Below, piece by piece: positions 62,888-64,000 of a stretch of DNA of 64,000 bases. The DNA lies in the IMG/VR virus record IMGVR_UViG_3300025840_000013. One strand, 5' to 3'. A program made the position numbers and the translations under genes. Every line of letters begins with the position of its first letter. Within the stretch, counting starts at the first letter, position 1. Origin of the DNA: a virus. The notes beneath the pieces are model-generated. The model was not told where the DNA came from. It made no database searches and worked only from the letters and a program-made list of their open reading frames with translations.

Positions 62888-64000
62888 ATGACTACTGCAT
62901 TATCGACAGAGTTCCTTTCTGGTGGATTTTCTATTCAAAGAAACGAAATGGTATCTATGCAACAGCAGAAATACGCACAGAAGTTCGAATTTTTGAATAG
63001 TTTCAATCAGACATATACAAGGCTTTCAAAACCGGCCCAACACGAATTTGACAGAATCGCACCATATGCACTCTCTTCACAGAGAAGAGTATTTGTTGGT
63101 GGTACTGTTACAACTGTTACACGCCCATTAAAACAAACATATAGAAACGGAAATCTTCCTTCTGTTCTTGGTTCAATTCAATTAGATGCAAACGGTGCAA
63201 TTCAATCTATCAATGTTCTTGATGGTGGTTTTGGTTATGCACCAAATACAACTTTTAATGTAAATATTAGAGGTGGTGAACCAACAAGTGGAACATTAAC
63301 TCCTGCAGTTGTAACTGCAACTTCTGATAATTCTGGTAGAATTGTTTCGGTTGATATTGTTTCTTCTGGTAACAATTACGATGCAGCTGCTGCACAAACT
63401 TTAAGTGCAAAAATTGATGAAAGTCCAGATGAAGGACAGTTTTATGTTTCGTTCTTTGAAGGTATTGGCGCACTTACTTCCGTAAACATCACTAGTGGAC
63501 AAACAGGACATAGGCCAGGCGTCTATTATGTTGCAACAACAACTACAGATTCTGTTGCTGGTAGTGGTGCAAAATTCCAAGTATATGTTGATGCTGGTGG
63601 CACAGTAACAAAAGTCGTTCCATTGGAGTTCGGTGAAACTTATGTAATTGCTGACACAATCACTATTCCAAACAGCGAACTTGGAAATGATGGTGGAAGT
63701 GATTTGGTAATCACTGTAGAAGCAGTAACAACATCAACCCAACTTGCATTCGATTACGGAACAGTAACTTGGAGAAGTGAATCTTTCCAAGTTGGTGATA
63801 CAGTTCTTTTAGAGTACTTTATTGATACTGACAAAGATCCTTCTGCAAGTGATGGCTTCTTAAGAACTCTTGCAAAAGATTTATGTTTACACCCATATGG
63901 TAACTACTATAGTTCTGCGTTTTCTAGTGTTCCACAAAGATCAGCGTCCATTGTAATTAAGGGCGGTGCAGTAGATGGCGCATCTGTAGAACTTTATGAC
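62888..64000 (+). CDS. virion structural protein, paralog 3 (runs off the window)
   Basis: AAGGAG SD; SGGFSIQRNE and DGFLRTLAKDLCLHP match SGYSIQRND and GGLLFQLAHDLTVHP of paralog 2. Confidence 0.75.
   Translation, partial: MTTALSTEFLSGGFSIQRNEMVSMQQQKYAQKFEFLNSFNQTYTRLSKPAQHEFDRIAPYALSSQRRVFVGGTVTTVTRPLKQTYRNGNLPSVLGSIQLDANGAIQSINVLDGGFGYAPNTTFNVNIRGGEPTSGTLTPAVVTATSDNSGRIVSVDIVSSGNNYDAAAAQTLSAKIDESPDEGQFYVSFFEGIGALTSVNITSGQTGHRPGVYYVATTTTDSVAGSGAKFQVYVDAGGTVTKVVPLEFGETYVIADTITIPNSELGNDGGSDLVITVEAVTTSTQLAFDYGTVTWRSESFQVGDTVLLEYFIDTDKDPSASDGFLRTLAKDLCLHPYGNYYSSAFSSVPQRSASIVIKGGAVDGASVELYD

Noticed and set aside
26625-63473. Many short alternate-frame or antisense ORFs inside structural genes
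   Set aside because: Fully nested in long conserved CDSs, with no SD or recognisable motifs.
1-64000. Alternative genetic code, introns or inteins
   Set aside because: Core genes are uninterrupted in code 11, all three stops are used, there is no suppressor tRNA, and no intein or homing-endonuclease motifs were recognised.

Overview
A 64 kb segment of a large, AT-rich T4-like (myovirus) phage genome read in the standard genetic code. Several host-like elements point to an alphaproteobacterial host: a circularly permuted two-piece tmRNA with tag ANDNFAPEFALAA, a DUF1127 small-protein operon and CTTGAC-type sigma70 promoters. Layout: 1-7.2 kb, early region of small ORFs behind repeated sigma70 promoters, including an alpha/beta hydrolase, a HEXXH peptidase and an RMF-like protein. 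7.2-9.6 kb, five tRNAs interleaved with several structured non-coding RNA candidates, a 2OG-Fe(II) hydroxylase and a SET-domain gene. 9.6-18 kb, accessory genes (peroxiredoxin, Mom-like DNA modifier, M15 endolysin, tmRNA, small outer-membrane protein, PhoH, exonuclease). 18-20 kb, gp33-gp59-gp32. 20.7-26.2 kb, minus-strand tail/head module (tape-measure-like gp29, gp51, gp26, gp54, gp2, gp4). 26.3-64 kb, baseplate genes (gp48, 53, hub, 5, 25, 6, 7, 8), very large virion/fibre proteins and three paralogous structural proteins. Most notable: (1) an apparent RNA-level translation-control toolkit (permuted tmRNA with a long folded intervening segment, ncRNA cassettes between tRNAs, two genes whose mRNAs would lose their stop codon, RMF-like and DUF1127 proteins); (2) a likely -1 programmed frameshift fusing gp26 to gp51 upstream of the tape measure; (3) a gp5 spike with two cell-wall enzymes, one nested inside a split carbohydrate-binding module. 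All calls come from reading motifs and base-pairing by eye; no database searches or folding programs were run.
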